Assembly (NCBI GenBank): GCA_965219605.1
Contig: CBDCOC010000001.1
Coordinates: 1,077,185 to 1,141,184 of the forward strand
Length of the DNA: 64,000 bases
DNA from: Bryobacterales bacterium
Lineage (GTDB): Bacteria > Acidobacteriota > Terriglobia > Bryobacterales > UBA6623
Reading direction: 5' to 3'
The position numbers were made by a program, and so were the translations under genes. Under the pieces are notes generated by a model. That model did no database searches, was not told the DNA's origin, and worked only from the letters and a program-made list of their open reading frames with translations. Shown here piece by piece: positions 49,637-59,099 of the stretch. The stretch's first letter is position 1. Each line of letters opens with the position of its first letter.

Positions 49637-50839
49637 CTACGGCAAGAAGACCTCTGTCTCTACCGGCAGATCGTAGTCAACCCCCTCGACATCAAAGCCG
49701 AAGAGATTGTCGAAATCCCGGCGAAACCGCTCGAAGTCCGCTAGCTCCGCCAAATTGCCGGTATTCACCTTGGGCCAGAGCGCGGCAATTTCCCTTTGCA
49801 CGTCGCGCCGCATTTCCAAGTCGTCGAGGCGGATCAGCCCCTCGCCGTCGGTGCGCGGCCCGCTCTCCGCGGCCAAGTGGTCGCGGACCAGTCGTGTCAT
49901 CTGTTCGATGCAACCCTCGTGGATCCCTGCGTCGTTCATGACGCGAAAGAGCAGGCTCACGTACAGGGGCACAACAGGGATCGCCGCCGAAGCTTGCGTC
50001 ACAACGGCCTTGTTGACCGCCACCCACGCAGACCCGGCCACCTCTTGCGCCAGCGCGGCATCGAGACTGTCCGCGGTCGCCTTGAGATCCCGCTTGGCTG
50101 CGCCAATCGTGCCGTCCTTGTAGATCGGCCAAGTCACTTCCGGGCCGTAGTAGCTGTAGGCGAGCGTCCTCGCCCCCGGCGCGAGCAGACCGCTGTCCGA
50201 AAGCGCTTCGATCCACCAGCGCCAGTCCTCGCCGCCCATCACGGCTACAGTCTCGGCGACCTCGGCATCCGTTGCCACCTCGACCGATGCGGATCCCACT
50301 TGCCCGCTGCCTAGGTCAATGCTCTTTCCCACGAAAGGCGCCCCGATGGACTTCAGGCTAGAGGCGTGCAAGACGCCTGTCCTGGGGTTGGCGCGCTTTG
50401 GCGCCGCGAGGCTGTAGACGACCAAGTCCAGCTTGCCCATCGATTCGCCGACAACATGCACCGCTTCTTGCTTGACCTGGTCAGAAAAGGCATCGCCATT
50501 GATGCTGCGAGCCCACAGACCATCCCTCGCGGCTGCGTTATGCAGGGCAACGCAGTTGTAGTACCCAGCACTGGCCGTGCGCCGTCCGGACGGAGGCTTC
50601 TCGAGAAACACGCCGAGCGTGCGGCAACCCAGCCCCCAGCCGGTCGCGATCCGCGTGGCCAGGCCATAGCCGGTGGACGCGCCTATGACCAGCGCATTGC
50701 GCAGGCCTGCGGGCGCGGCAGCAGGCATGTTGCCGCGCACATGCGCAATCTGCCGCTCGACATTCCGGGCACATCCAGCTGGATGTGCATTCACGCAAAT
50801 GAACCCGCGCGAACGCTGCTTGACGACCTGTTCGGGCAT
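49637..50839 (-). CDS. fabV: Trans-2-enoyl-CoA/ACP reductase FabV
   Basis: [14 protein letters not shown]-terminus, [17 protein letters not shown] and [24 protein letters not shown]-like motifs characteristic of FabV. Confidence 0.9.
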   Translation of the reverse strand: MPEQVVKQRSRGFICVNAHPAGCARNVERQIAHVRGNMPAAAPAGLRNALVIGASTGYGLATRIATGWGLGCRTLGVFLEKPPSGRRTASAGYYNCVALHNAAARDGLWARSINGDAFSDQVKQEAVHVVGESMGKLDLVVYSLAAPKRANPRTGVLHASSLKSIGAPFVGKSIDLGSGQVGSASVEVATDAEVAETVAVMGGEDWRWWIEALSDSGLLAPGARTLAYSYYGPEVTWPIYKDGTIGAAKRDLKATADSLDAALAQEVAGSAWVAVNKAVVTQASAAIPVVPLYVSLLFRVMNDAGIHEGCIEQMTRLVRDHLAAESGPRTDGEGLIRLDDLEMRRDVQREIAALWPKVNTGNLAELADFERFRRDFDNLFGFDVEGVDYDLPVETEVFLP

Positions 50840-51033
50840 TGGCTTGCCTTCCTATCTTAAGCAGCGTTGCACCTAGCAGACCCTTGCTAGCGCAACCAGC
50901 ATGGGAGCATCAAGGCCAGACGCCTGTGGCGGAAGCACGCGTTTCGGAAGTTGCGGGTAGCGGACCGGTCTGAGCTGCCCGCGGCAAGACGCGCTGCTCG
51001 TATGGGCCCGCGAGGATGCGCGATCCCCTGCGG

Positions 51034-52506
51034 TCATCCAACCCCTATCAGCCGGTGCAGCTCGGCCGTCAAGCGCGCTACGTCGCTCGGTGCGCTATCA
51101 GCCAGGTCGCGGTTCTCGAACGGATCTTCCCGAATGTCGAACAGCAACGGCGCGGCTGCGTCGTTTCCTCTCGGATAGACGGGGAGGCCCTTGCCGCCCG
51201 GCGCCTTGCCGCCGGCATAGCCCCGGATCAGTTTCAGGCGGCCGTCAGTGATGCACCGCCATGGATCAAGGACACTCAGCAGGAACTCGCGGTGCTCCTC
51301 CGAGTCTCCTTCCAATACCGGGCGCAGGGACCGGCTGTCCATCGCAGAGGGAGTCTCGATGTCAGCGTAGTCGAGGAAAGTGGCCGCCAAGTCCATCATG
51401 CTGACCAAGGCGCCGCTCGAGACGGCAGATCGCACGCCAGGCCCGGCCACGACAAGCGGAACGCCGACCGAGGCCTGCCGGGGCAAGCGTTTCATCCACA
51501 GGTCGTGATCCCCCAGCATTTCGCCGTGGTCGCTGGTGAACGCCACTAGCGTGTTGCCCAGTTCCGCGCGGGCTTGGACTTCGGCCAGCATCCTGCCCAT
51601 CCATGCGTCAATGTTCTCGATCATGGCGGCATAGTTGCGGCGGATCTCGAGATGCTTCTCGGGCGTGAACTCGGTGGACCGGTTTGGCTGGGGGAATTCC
51701 GCGTCCCGATAGAGGCCCTGCATGCTCTCCGTGATGTCGACCGGCTCGTGCGGCCCGGCGAAGTTCACGGCCAGATGCCAAGGCTGGCCTTTCGGCGCCT
51801 CGCGCAGCAGGCGCAACCCTTGCTCTCCGATCCAGTTGTCGCAGTAGGAGTCCTCCGGCAGCGGTGTCGGGAAGGTCGCGGCGAAGGTGCCGATTTCGCG
51901 GCGCTTGCCAAAGTCGGCGCGATGCGTCTCGACGCGGCCTGTATCGTGCAAGTGCGCCGTGTAGGGGTCGCAGGGCTCGTCCATGCCCCAGCGGATCGCG
52001 TCCCACTTGCCAGCGCTGTCGATTCCCGCGGAAAAGCCCCATTCGGGGAGCAGGTGCTGGCCCTGCACGCCCCAGCTCGGCTCGGGCTTGTGCAGGTCGA
52101 ACTTCCCGCAGCCCATCACGTGATAGCCCGCGCTCCGCAGCAAGGCGTAATAGGTGGTTTGAGCCAGCGGGTAGTTCAGGCTGTTGTCGGGCACGCCGCA
52201 GCGGTCATACTCCAAGCCCCCGGCCAGACAGGCGCGCGACGGGGCGCACAGCGGGGACGGGCAGTAGCAGTTCTCGAAGCTAACCCCCCGGTCTGCCAGT
52301 GCCCTCAGGTGCGGAGTACGCACGCCTACGGTGGGGTTCAGGGCTGTCCAGTCATAACGGAGCTGGTCCGGCACGACCAGCAAGATATTGGGAGGCGGCG
52401 CGGGCGCATCGGATTCACCGCACGAAGACGCGACGGCCAATGCCGAGCCGGCTAGGAAGCGTCGACGCGTTAGGCCTGCCACCACACTAGAGTGTAACCT
52501 CGCCAT
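51034..52506 (-). CDS. Sulfatase (formylglycine-dependent) with Tat-like signal
   Basis: MARLHSSVVAGLTRRRFLAGSALA, then LLVVPDQLRYD and the SPLCAPSRACLAGG (CxPxR) motif. The track ORF start at 52698 is likely too far upstream. Confidence 0.88.
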   Translation of the reverse strand: MARLHSSVVAGLTRRRFLAGSALAVASSCGESDAPAPPPNILLVVPDQLRYDWTALNPTVGVRTPHLRALADRGVSFENCYCPSPLCAPSRACLAGGLEYDRCGVPDNSLNYPLAQTTYYALLRSAGYHVMGCGKFDLHKPEPSWGVQGQHLLPEWGFSAGIDSAGKWDAIRWGMDEPCDPYTAHLHDTGRVETHRADFGKRREIGTFAATFPTPLPEDSYCDNWIGEQGLRLLREAPKGQPWHLAVNFAGPHEPVDITESMQGLYRDAEFPQPNRSTEFTPEKHLEIRRNYAAMIENIDAWMGRMLAEVQARAELGNTLVAFTSDHGEMLGDHDLWMKRLPRQASVGVPLVVAGPGVRSAVSSGALVSMMDLAATFLDYADIETPSAMDSRSLRPVLEGDSEEHREFLLSVLDPWRCITDGRLKLIRGYAGGKAPGGKGLPVYPRGNDAAAPLLFDIREDPFENRDLADSAPSDVARLTAELHRLIGVG

Positions 52507-52807
52507 GCTTGGCTCCCGGCGTTGCCGTCTCGGAGTGATCCGCCCTGAACTTTGCAGATTCGGGGAAGGCGCGATCCCAAGAGGGGACCGCCCTGCAAAG
52601 AGGCTCGCGAGGAATCCTTGATTCGCGCAGCACCCTCGACAAAGGGATTGCACCCGCAAGGGCCGAAACCCCGGGTGCGGATGGCACCATGTACGCACGC
52701 GGCCAGCGTTGCCCGCAGGGCGCGGGCCGGCGCTTGCGTTGTGCCCCGGCGCCGGCCCGTCCGTTTGCCAGCGCTCAGGCGTCGTTGCGCGGCCGGCGCC
52801 GCGAAAG

Positions 52808-54103
52808 CTAGTTCGCGAATCCGAACCACTTGGCGCGAATCCGGGCGTACCTGCCGGATTCTTCGAGTTCCAACAGCGCTCGGTTCACCGACTCGCGCAG
52901 TTCACTGCCAGCTGGAAACGCGATTGCATACGACTGTTTCTCGATCAAGGGACCCACGATACTGACAGTATTGTTCCCATCCTCCACGGCATATCGCATC
53001 AGCGGCACGGCATCAAACAGTATCGCGTCGACATCCCCCCCTTCGAGCAGGCGGTACGCTGCGGCAATCGTGTCCGTCTCGCGCAGCCGAGCACCGTATC
53101 GGATGGCAGCTGCGCTGCTGGTCGTCCCGGCGACAGTCGCCACCGAGCGGCCGTTGAGGTCCTCCGGCCCGGAGATCTCGCTCTTGAGCGCTTCCATCAT
53201 CAGTGCCGTTGATAAGTGCGAGATAGCGACTCCAAAAAGTGCGATGCCGATCAGCATGGTCACGACGGAGGCAAATCGGCCGAGCCAGCTTCGGGGCGTC
53301 ACGTCTCCATAGCCTACGGTCGTGATCGTTGCCAGAACGCACCAGCAGGCTTCGAAGATTCCCGGCCAGTACCGGTAGCTGATGTCGGATGTTCCTCGTT
53401 CGACTAGAAACAGGACATGCGCGCAGAGCAGCACAAACACAACGAGGGAGCCGAACACCTGCAGTGTCGCTGCGGAACCCAAGGAGCGCAGCAAGTGGAG
53501 CCACCAAGAGCCGTTATCCAAAGTGGTGAGAATGCGCAACCCGCTGTCAAAGTAGGGATGGCTGAAGTCGACCACGCGCTCGCGATCCCGCGTCATGCTG
53601 ATCCCAGCAATCGCTGCGTCAACCTCGCCACGCTCCACCGCCTCCATGAGATCGTCGAAGCGCAGCAGGCGGTAGCTCGAATCGACACCGAGCACCGCGG
53701 ACACCTCGTTCCAAATGTCGATGTCGAATCCCTGCAGATCCTCGCCGGATTGGATTACGAGCGGGGGTATGTCCGAAACCCCCACAACTAGCGCCGCACT
53801 CCCTGCTGGCGGAGCGGCCAAGAGCGGAACCGTCGCGAGCAAGCCAACCGCCGCGGCGCATCCAACCCGCCACGCGGCCCTGATCTGGATCACGAGGCGG
53901 CTAGCCGCTGCCCGTAGGGCACAGGCCTGCTCATGGATCTCGGGCAAATCGCCGCGGGTCGCGAGCTCGGCCTGGAATCTCGGCATGTTCCGGCATGAGA
54001 CTGTCGGTGCGAACCGGACGGGTTCCGAGCCTGCCACCGGGCCGCGCGCGGTCTCTGCCGTCTCCCGATCCCGCTTCAAGGCGCTGCGCGTCGGCCGAGG
54101 CAA
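52808..54103 (-). CDS. GluR0-type ligand-gated K+ channel: periplasmic amino-acid-binding domain split by a two-TM pore module
   Basis: S1 lobe (FDIDIWNEVSAVLG..AIAGISMTRDRERVVDFSHPYF), then M1-P-M2 with the selectivity filter TTVGYGD, then the S2 lobe (VATVAGTTSS...AIAFPAGSELRESVNRALLELEESG). Start uncertain; Met at 53986 is possible. Confidence 0.85.
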   Translation of the reverse strand: MPRPTRSALKRDRETAETARGPVAGSEPVRFAPTVSCRNMPRFQAELATRGDLPEIHEQACALRAAASRLVIQIRAAWRVGCAAAVGLLATVPLLAAPPAGSAALVVGVSDIPPLVIQSGEDLQGFDIDIWNEVSAVLGVDSSYRLLRFDDLMEAVERGEVDAAIAGISMTRDRERVVDFSHPYFDSGLRILTTLDNGSWWLHLLRSLGSAATLQVFGSLVVFVLLCAHVLFLVERGTSDISYRYWPGIFEACWCVLATITTVGYGDVTPRSWLGRFASVVTMLIGIALFGVAISHLSTALMMEALKSEISGPEDLNGRSVATVAGTTSSAAAIRYGARLRETDTIAAAYRLLEGGDVDAILFDAVPLMRYAVEDGNNTVSIVGPLIEKQSYAIAFPAGSELRESVNRALLELEESGRYARIRAKWFGFAN

Positions 54104-54132
54104 CTAAAGCCGCGAAGCCCGGCGACGGCACA

Positions 54133-54984
54133 TCAGGCCTGCCCATCCAGCACGCCGCGCATGTACGAAAACGACTTCGCCATGCCTACCTGCGGGTAGT
54201 CAGCGTTCACTTCATACTCCAAGCCAACTGCGCCTTGGTAGTTGCGGCCCTTGAGCATCTTGAAGATCGCCGCAATGGGCATCTTGCCGTCACCCACGTC
54301 CACGCGGCTCTGCTTGTCGGTGAGATCCGAAAGATCCTTGACGTGGAAATCGTAGATTCGATCCCAAGCACCGTCAATCTCTTCAAGGATATCCGCGCCG
54401 GTTCGAACGGCGTGCCCGATGTCCACGCAGACGCCCATCCTCGAGTCCATGTCCTTGATGCGCTTGATCGCGTCGCTGGGAGCGGGATAGAACTTGTCCT
54501 CCGGGCCGTGGTTGTGGATCGCCATCTTGCGGTCGTACTTTATCGCCAGCTTTTCGATCGCACCGAGGTTGGAGTGCGTGGGCGCACAGACCATAACGGG
54601 GATCCCGGCCTCCACTGCATACCGGAAGTAAGGCTCGAGTTCGCTGCTATCATCGCTCTTGAGGGAGATGTTTCCACCCGCAACGATCTCGAGGCCCGCC
54701 TTCTCGAACTCCTTGCGTGCCGCCTTGAGGTCGTCTGCCGAGAGGTAGTACGGCATGTGGAACGATTTCACGTTGACGTACTTGACGCCCAGCTGGCGGC
54801 AGATGTCGATTGCCCCCGAGCGGCCGAACTTGCGAAGCGAATAGGTCGCCACCGCCAGCTTGAGATCGCCCCAGTGGTGGGGCCCCGCGCCTTTCGCCAG
54901 CCCCTTGGTTGAGGCCGCAGCTGCCGATGCGGCTGGCAGGGCGGCAGCCGTTCCGAGGAAAGAGCGCCTAGTGGTAGAAATCAT
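54133..54984 (-). CDS. Sugar phosphate isomerase/epimerase (xylose-isomerase-like TIM barrel) with Tat signal
   Basis: MISTTRRSFLGTAAALPAASAAA leader. Also KLAVATYSLRKF and IHNHGPE motifs. Confidence 0.85.
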   Translation of the reverse strand: MISTTRRSFLGTAAALPAASAAAASTKGLAKGAGPHHWGDLKLAVATYSLRKFGRSGAIDICRQLGVKYVNVKSFHMPYYLSADDLKAARKEFEKAGLEIVAGGNISLKSDDSSELEPYFRYAVEAGIPVMVCAPTHSNLGAIEKLAIKYDRKMAIHNHGPEDKFYPAPSDAIKRIKDMDSRMGVCVDIGHAVRTGADILEEIDGAWDRIYDFHVKDLSDLTDKQSRVDVGDGKMPIAAIFKMLKGRNYQGAVGLEYEVNADYPQVGMAKSFSYMRGVLDGQA

Positions 54985-55261
54985 GGTTGGATGCTCCGTT
55001 GCGTGCAATCGTTGAAAGTCTAGCACGCCAAGTGCGGGACGGCAGGATGTCCGAGGCTTGCATCGCCGAGCATCGCATGAGCATCTTCACCACCGCCCTC
55101 CGCTGGCTGACTGCGGCTATTGTCTTGGGACTTGCATTGCGCCCGGACCATCTTCTCGCAACTCATGCAGCCCCTCCCTTGGACGCCAGGATCCCAGCGT
55201 GTTACCCGCTACAGCGGCGGGCTCCGTGGATAAAGCTTGCAGCGTGACCGGGCCGTGAGCT

Positions 55262-55870
55262 ATGCTGAGCGCAGCACGGCTAGGACAAGTGTGCAACTGG
55301 AGCAACAAGCTGCGATGGCGGGCGCCGTGGCGGCTGGCGAGGCTGAGCAGTCCGCATGCCGCAATTGCCGCTGGATTGCGCAGATCGCTTGGCACGAGGT
55401 CACCGGCCGCTTTGCTACGCATGCCTTACAGCAGTGTTTTCGCCCCCCGTTGCGAGGCGCTCGTCGACAGCGAACCCACGCTCCACTACCTGCGCGGCGA
55501 CAACCGCGCATGACTGCAGCCGGACATGCTGGTAGCGTACGACGTGCCGTACCGCAGGAAGCGCAGATCGTAAGAGCAGTGGGTGGAAGGCAATGCCCCG
55601 GACTTCGTCTTGGAGATGGCTTCGGCGTCCACCGCGCAGCACGACGAGGACCCCAAGGCGCGGCAATACGCGGCGCTCAGTGTGCATGCATACTTGTGCT
55701 TGTACCCGGAGCAGGTGCGGCAGGGCTGCCGGTGGCAGCCGCAGGCGAGGAATTCGATGGACGGCTGGAGACAGCCGAGACGCAGGCAAGCGCTACGCGG
55801 GAAGAGGCGCGGGCGTTAAAGCGGCAACTCCGAGAGCTTACAGGACAGATCTCGCCATGGGGCAAAGGAC
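55262..55870 (+). pseudogene. Degraded Uma2-family (DUF820) endonuclease gene (approximate limits)
   Basis: One frame reads ...PDMLVAYDVP...(TAA)..EGNAPDFVLEMASASTAQHDEDPKARQYAALSVHAYLCLYPEQ, i.e. the Uma2 PD-(D/E)XK core, but with in-frame TGA (55511) and TAA (55571). The coiled C-terminal tail (REEARALKRQLRELTGQ) is in another frame. Confidence 0.5.
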
Positions 55871-55975
55871 CTGGCGAAGTCGACCGTGGCGCGTGCCTGA
55901 AATCCTTAGACCAGATCACTCATTGCCAGCAGCCAGCCATGGAGCTTGCTTAGCCAAAGAAAGGAGAACGGAGCA

Positions 55976-56497
55976 GTGACACTAGAGGAATACCGAGAGT
56001 TCGTGCGCTCGCGAGCTATGAAGCGCAATGGACAAGTGATCTATAACGAATCGATTGAGCACGCTTCCATAGTTGTAGAAAACTTGTTCAAGAGCGCAGA
56101 AGAGAAGATTGTTGTACTGTCCGGTTCCCTGAATCCACGAGTGTACGGACGCGATGAAGTAGTCAAGGAAGCAGAGCTGTTTCTGGCCTCGTCGACAGAA
56201 AATAAGCTCCAGATTATTTTAGAACAGGATTCCAAGAAATTGCGGGATGTGCATCCGTTCTTTATCACATGCTCCCGGTTTCGGAATCTCGAAGTGAGGG
56301 TAGCAACGCCAAAGGTGCAAGACCAGTATACTTTTCATTTCGTCGCGGTAGACGAGGACAGCTACCGGTTCGAGAGTGACAAGAACCTTCCAGCTGCCGT
56401 TGCAGCCTTCGGCGATCGGGGCGGCGCGACAAACTTGAGCGACATCCATTCGCAGCTTTGGAATATGTGCATTCCGCCTGCTTCTTTGACGGCATAG
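55976..56497 (+). CDS. Small PLD/Nuc-like fold protein with degenerate HKD motif (173 aa)
   Basis: AAGGAG (55961-55966) lies 9 nt upstream of GTG 55976. By eye it aligns to single-domain Nuc-type PLD nucleases: SAEEKIVVLSGSL, KLQIILEQD, and FHFVAVDEDSYRFESDKN in place of HxKxxxxD..GSxN (His kept, Lys replaced by Val). Clearly AT-richer than the flanks. Confidence 0.6.
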   Translation: MTLEEYREFVRSRAMKRNGQVIYNESIEHASIVVENLFKSAEEKIVVLSGSLNPRVYGRDEVVKEAELFLASSTENKLQIILEQDSKKLRDVHPFFITCSRFRNLEVRVATPKVQDQYTFHFVAVDEDSYRFESDKNLPAAVAAFGDRGGATNLSDIHSQLWNMCIPPASLTA

Positions 56498-56535
56498 TCG
56501 TGAGCCACTCTTTCTCTGCGGATGAATTAGAATCT

Positions 56536-57108
56536 ATGTTGTCGCTATTGCCGACGCTGTCCCCCTTGAGCACTATGCTTTTGGCTCTAAGCCTTGCGTA
56601 TCTCAGACTTGAACCGTTCCAGTACTGGAAACAGATTCAACGGCACGCAGCCAAGGCATTGGAAAAGCTTCCCATCGCGGCCCAAGCCCATGACAATACT
56701 GCTTACTTCCGGCAGATCGCATCTTTTGCTGGAAAGATCCAAGACCGTGAGGCTCAACGAATTCCAGGAGTGCGAGGCTGGATCTCTTGGGCCCTGTTTA
56801 ATACCGGTGCGGATAGAATCGTTTCTACAGGCATGACCATCCTGTCGTTAGCGCTAGTGATTCTCAGTTCGGCGCATGCAACGAGTGAGTCTCAATGGCT
56901 GGCGGGTTGGTTCGCGAAGGGGCAGATTCTCTGGACACTCTGGATCTTGTCGGCTCTCATCTCGTTTTCCGTTTTTCTCGTCTTCTTGGGTGCTTGGTAC
57001 GTGTCAAGAGCCTGCCAGAGAATCGACGACAGCGTGGCAGAGTTGAACAAACACGTATCGGCGTCGGTCGCTACCGCCAAGCTACAAAACAGCCGCGCCG
57101 TCAATTGA
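56536..57108 (+). CDS. Predicted 3-TM membrane protein (190 aa; alternative starts GTG 56500 / TTG 56458)
   Basis: Hydrophobic segments LLPTLSPLSTMLLALSLAYL, MTILSLALVILSSAHA and ILWTLWILSALISFSVFLVFLGAWYV. It starts within 40 nt of the upstream gene's stop and shares its AT-richer composition. Confidence 0.55.
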   Translation: MLSLLPTLSPLSTMLLALSLAYLRLEPFQYWKQIQRHAAKALEKLPIAAQAHDNTAYFRQIASFAGKIQDREAQRIPGVRGWISWALFNTGADRIVSTGMTILSLALVILSSAHATSESQWLAGWFAKGQILWTLWILSALISFSVFLVFLGAWYVSRACQRIDDSVAELNKHVSASVATAKLQNSRAVN

Positions 57109-57602
57109 GCTGGTATCCGTCGCCGCTGCACGAGCATGCTGGGATAGCGCGCTCCCGCAGCATCGCAATGCGGGCGATGCTTGCATGAGCAACTGATTAC
57201 CGCCAAGAAATCCAAGGAAAACCGCCACGGCACAAACGAGTGTTCAACACCCCAGAGTATATTCGCCGGCTCAGTTGGCCGGTCTTTGCGAAGCCAGGAA
57301 GAAGGGCCCCGGTGCGCCACGAGACGTCCGCTGGGGCGCGCGATGAAGATGGATCCCGCCACACCGAAGAGAAGAACTGCTGTAAAGCCCCTCGCAGTGG
57401 ACAGCAGTTGCTTGGGTGAGATATCCAAGCAGCATCGTTGACCACCCCCGGCCGCACACGAGGTACGGCGCAAAGACACCGCAGCACCAGCCCTCTGGAT
57501 ACCCGCCATGCCTACAAATGCAGGCAGCGCGCACGGTCCGCACGTCCGGCGGCGAGCAGCTGTACAAACGCACAAAGGCGCTCGAACGGTTACACTCAAA
57601 AA

Positions 57603-58913
57603 ATGGATTTTCTTCTTCTAATCATCGTATTTTTAGCTGCATTCATCGGTTTCGGTCTTGTGCTCCGCGACATGGCCCAGCGCCGGGACACCGCATTGCA
57701 GGAACGAGACGAGGCCCGCAAGCAACTCGCCGAACAGTCGGCGGATTTGGGGGAAGCCCAGGTGCTGATCGCGCGACAGCAGAGCGCGCTGGAGGAGCGA
57801 GACAAGGCGGCCGCACAGAACCGCCGCGAGCTTGACACCCATTTCGAGGGCATCGCCTCGAAGGTGCTGAAGGCGAACACAGAGGAGCTGCGCAAGCAAG
57901 CGGCCGAACAACTCCAGATGCACCGGGAACTGGCCGGCAAGGACATGGCGGCCAGCAAGGCCGCTGTCGAAGGCTTGGTCGGGCCGATGAAGGAGAACCT
58001 GGAGAAACTGCACAGCCGCGTTGAAGCATCTGACGCAGCGCACACCAGCGTCACAGCAGAAGTGAAGCAGAGTGTCGAGCAGTTGGCGCGCCAGACAAGC
58101 GACCTGCGCCGTATCCTCGACAATCCGCAGACGCGCGGCCAGTGGGGCGAGCAGCACCTCCGCAACGTGCTCGAAGCCGCCGGCATGACTTCCCATGTCG
58201 ACTATTGCGAGCAGGTCCCCGTTGACAGCGCGACCGGCGCAACCCGGCTGCGACCGGACGTGCTGGTGCATATCCCCCACGGCACGAAGGTCGTGATCGA
58301 CGCCAAGACACCGCACGAGAAATATGACCAGGCAATGCGCTGCGAGGACAAGCGGGCACGGCAGATGCTACTCAAGGAGCACGCAAAAGCCCTCGCTGGG
58401 CACGCCAAGGAGATCGCGAGGCGCGGCTACGCGGAATCCATCGACGGCTCGCTGGACTTCGTTGTCATGTACGTGCCGATCGAATCGATGCTTGAGACGG
58501 CCGTCCGCGCGGATCCCGACATCTGGCAGGAATCCTGGCACCGCTACCGTGTCTTGATCGCCACCCCGGGAGTGCTGATCGCTTTTCTGCGCACGGTCGC
58601 GCTCGCTTGGTCGCGGCTGGAAATCCAGAGCAACGCAGAGGAAATCTCCAAGCAGGGCAAGGAACTCTACAGCCGCCTCGCCACATATGCGAATCACGTG
58701 GAGAAAATGGGGCGCGGGCTGCGCCAAGCCGTGGACGCCTACAACGAAAGCGTGGGGTCGTTCGAATCGCGCCTGCTGGTCCAAGCTCGCCGCTTCGAAG
58801 AGCTGGGTGCTGCGCAGGGCAAGCAGGAGATCGACAAGATCACTCCTATCGAAGCCGTGCCGCGCCACCTGAGCGCACCGGGGCTGCTGCCGGTATCGGA
58901 AGCCGGTCGCTAG
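57603..58913 (+). CDS. rmuC: DNA recombination protein RmuC
   Basis: N-terminal TM helix (MDFLLLIIVFLAAFIGFGLVL), a long coiled coil, then the RmuC nuclease-like core RPDVLVHIPHGTKVVIDAKTP...FVVMYVP. Confidence 0.88.
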   Translation: MDFLLLIIVFLAAFIGFGLVLRDMAQRRDTALQERDEARKQLAEQSADLGEAQVLIARQQSALEERDKAAAQNRRELDTHFEGIASKVLKANTEELRKQAAEQLQMHRELAGKDMAASKAAVEGLVGPMKENLEKLHSRVEASDAAHTSVTAEVKQSVEQLARQTSDLRRILDNPQTRGQWGEQHLRNVLEAAGMTSHVDYCEQVPVDSATGATRLRPDVLVHIPHGTKVVIDAKTPHEKYDQAMRCEDKRARQMLLKEHAKALAGHAKEIARRGYAESIDGSLDFVVMYVPIESMLETAVRADPDIWQESWHRYRVLIATPGVLIAFLRTVALAWSRLEIQSNAEEISKQGKELYSRLATYANHVEKMGRGLRQAVDAYNESVGSFESRLLVQARRFEELGAAQGKQEIDKITPIEAVPRHLSAPGLLPVSEAGR

Positions 58914-59063
58914 AGCGGCTCGCAGCCCCGCACTGCACCGAATCGCCAGCAGCGTTGCGCGATGGCGAAGACCTAGGCCGGCTGGCGAGCGACGGCGTTC
59001 AGACGGCGCTCGCCAGTGCCTCCAAGGGCGCACCGCCGGCAGCAAGCCGGCTGCCCCGAGCGC

Positions 59064-59093
59064 TTGCAGCCTATCGAAAGATACTCCTATAAT
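59064..59093 (+). promoter_or_regulatory. Sigma70-like promoter placed for a leaderless bfr transcript
   Basis: TTGCAG (59064-59069), an 18-nt spacer, then TATAAT (59088-59093). The bfr ATG starts at 59100, only 6 nt after the -10 box, and no Shine-Dalgarno sequence fits in the gap. Confidence 0.4.
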
Positions 59094-59099
59094 CAGGGC

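Noticed and set aside
50864-50896. Imperfect palindrome GCGTTGCACCTAGCAG-accc-TTGCTAGCGCAAC between the sulfatase stop and the fabV start, considered as a terminator or operator.
   Set aside because: No U-tract follows it on the relevant strand, and it contains mismatches. It cannot be assigned without data.
56892-57599. 235-aa minus-strand ORF spanning the gap between the 3-TM gene and rmuC.
   Set aside because: It overlaps the 3' end of the 56536-57108 gene, and its composition is Arg/Cys-rich with no motif. A short hydrophobic stretch (GFTAVLLFGVAGSIFIA) is not enough to call a gene. The 57109-57602 gap therefore stays unannotated.
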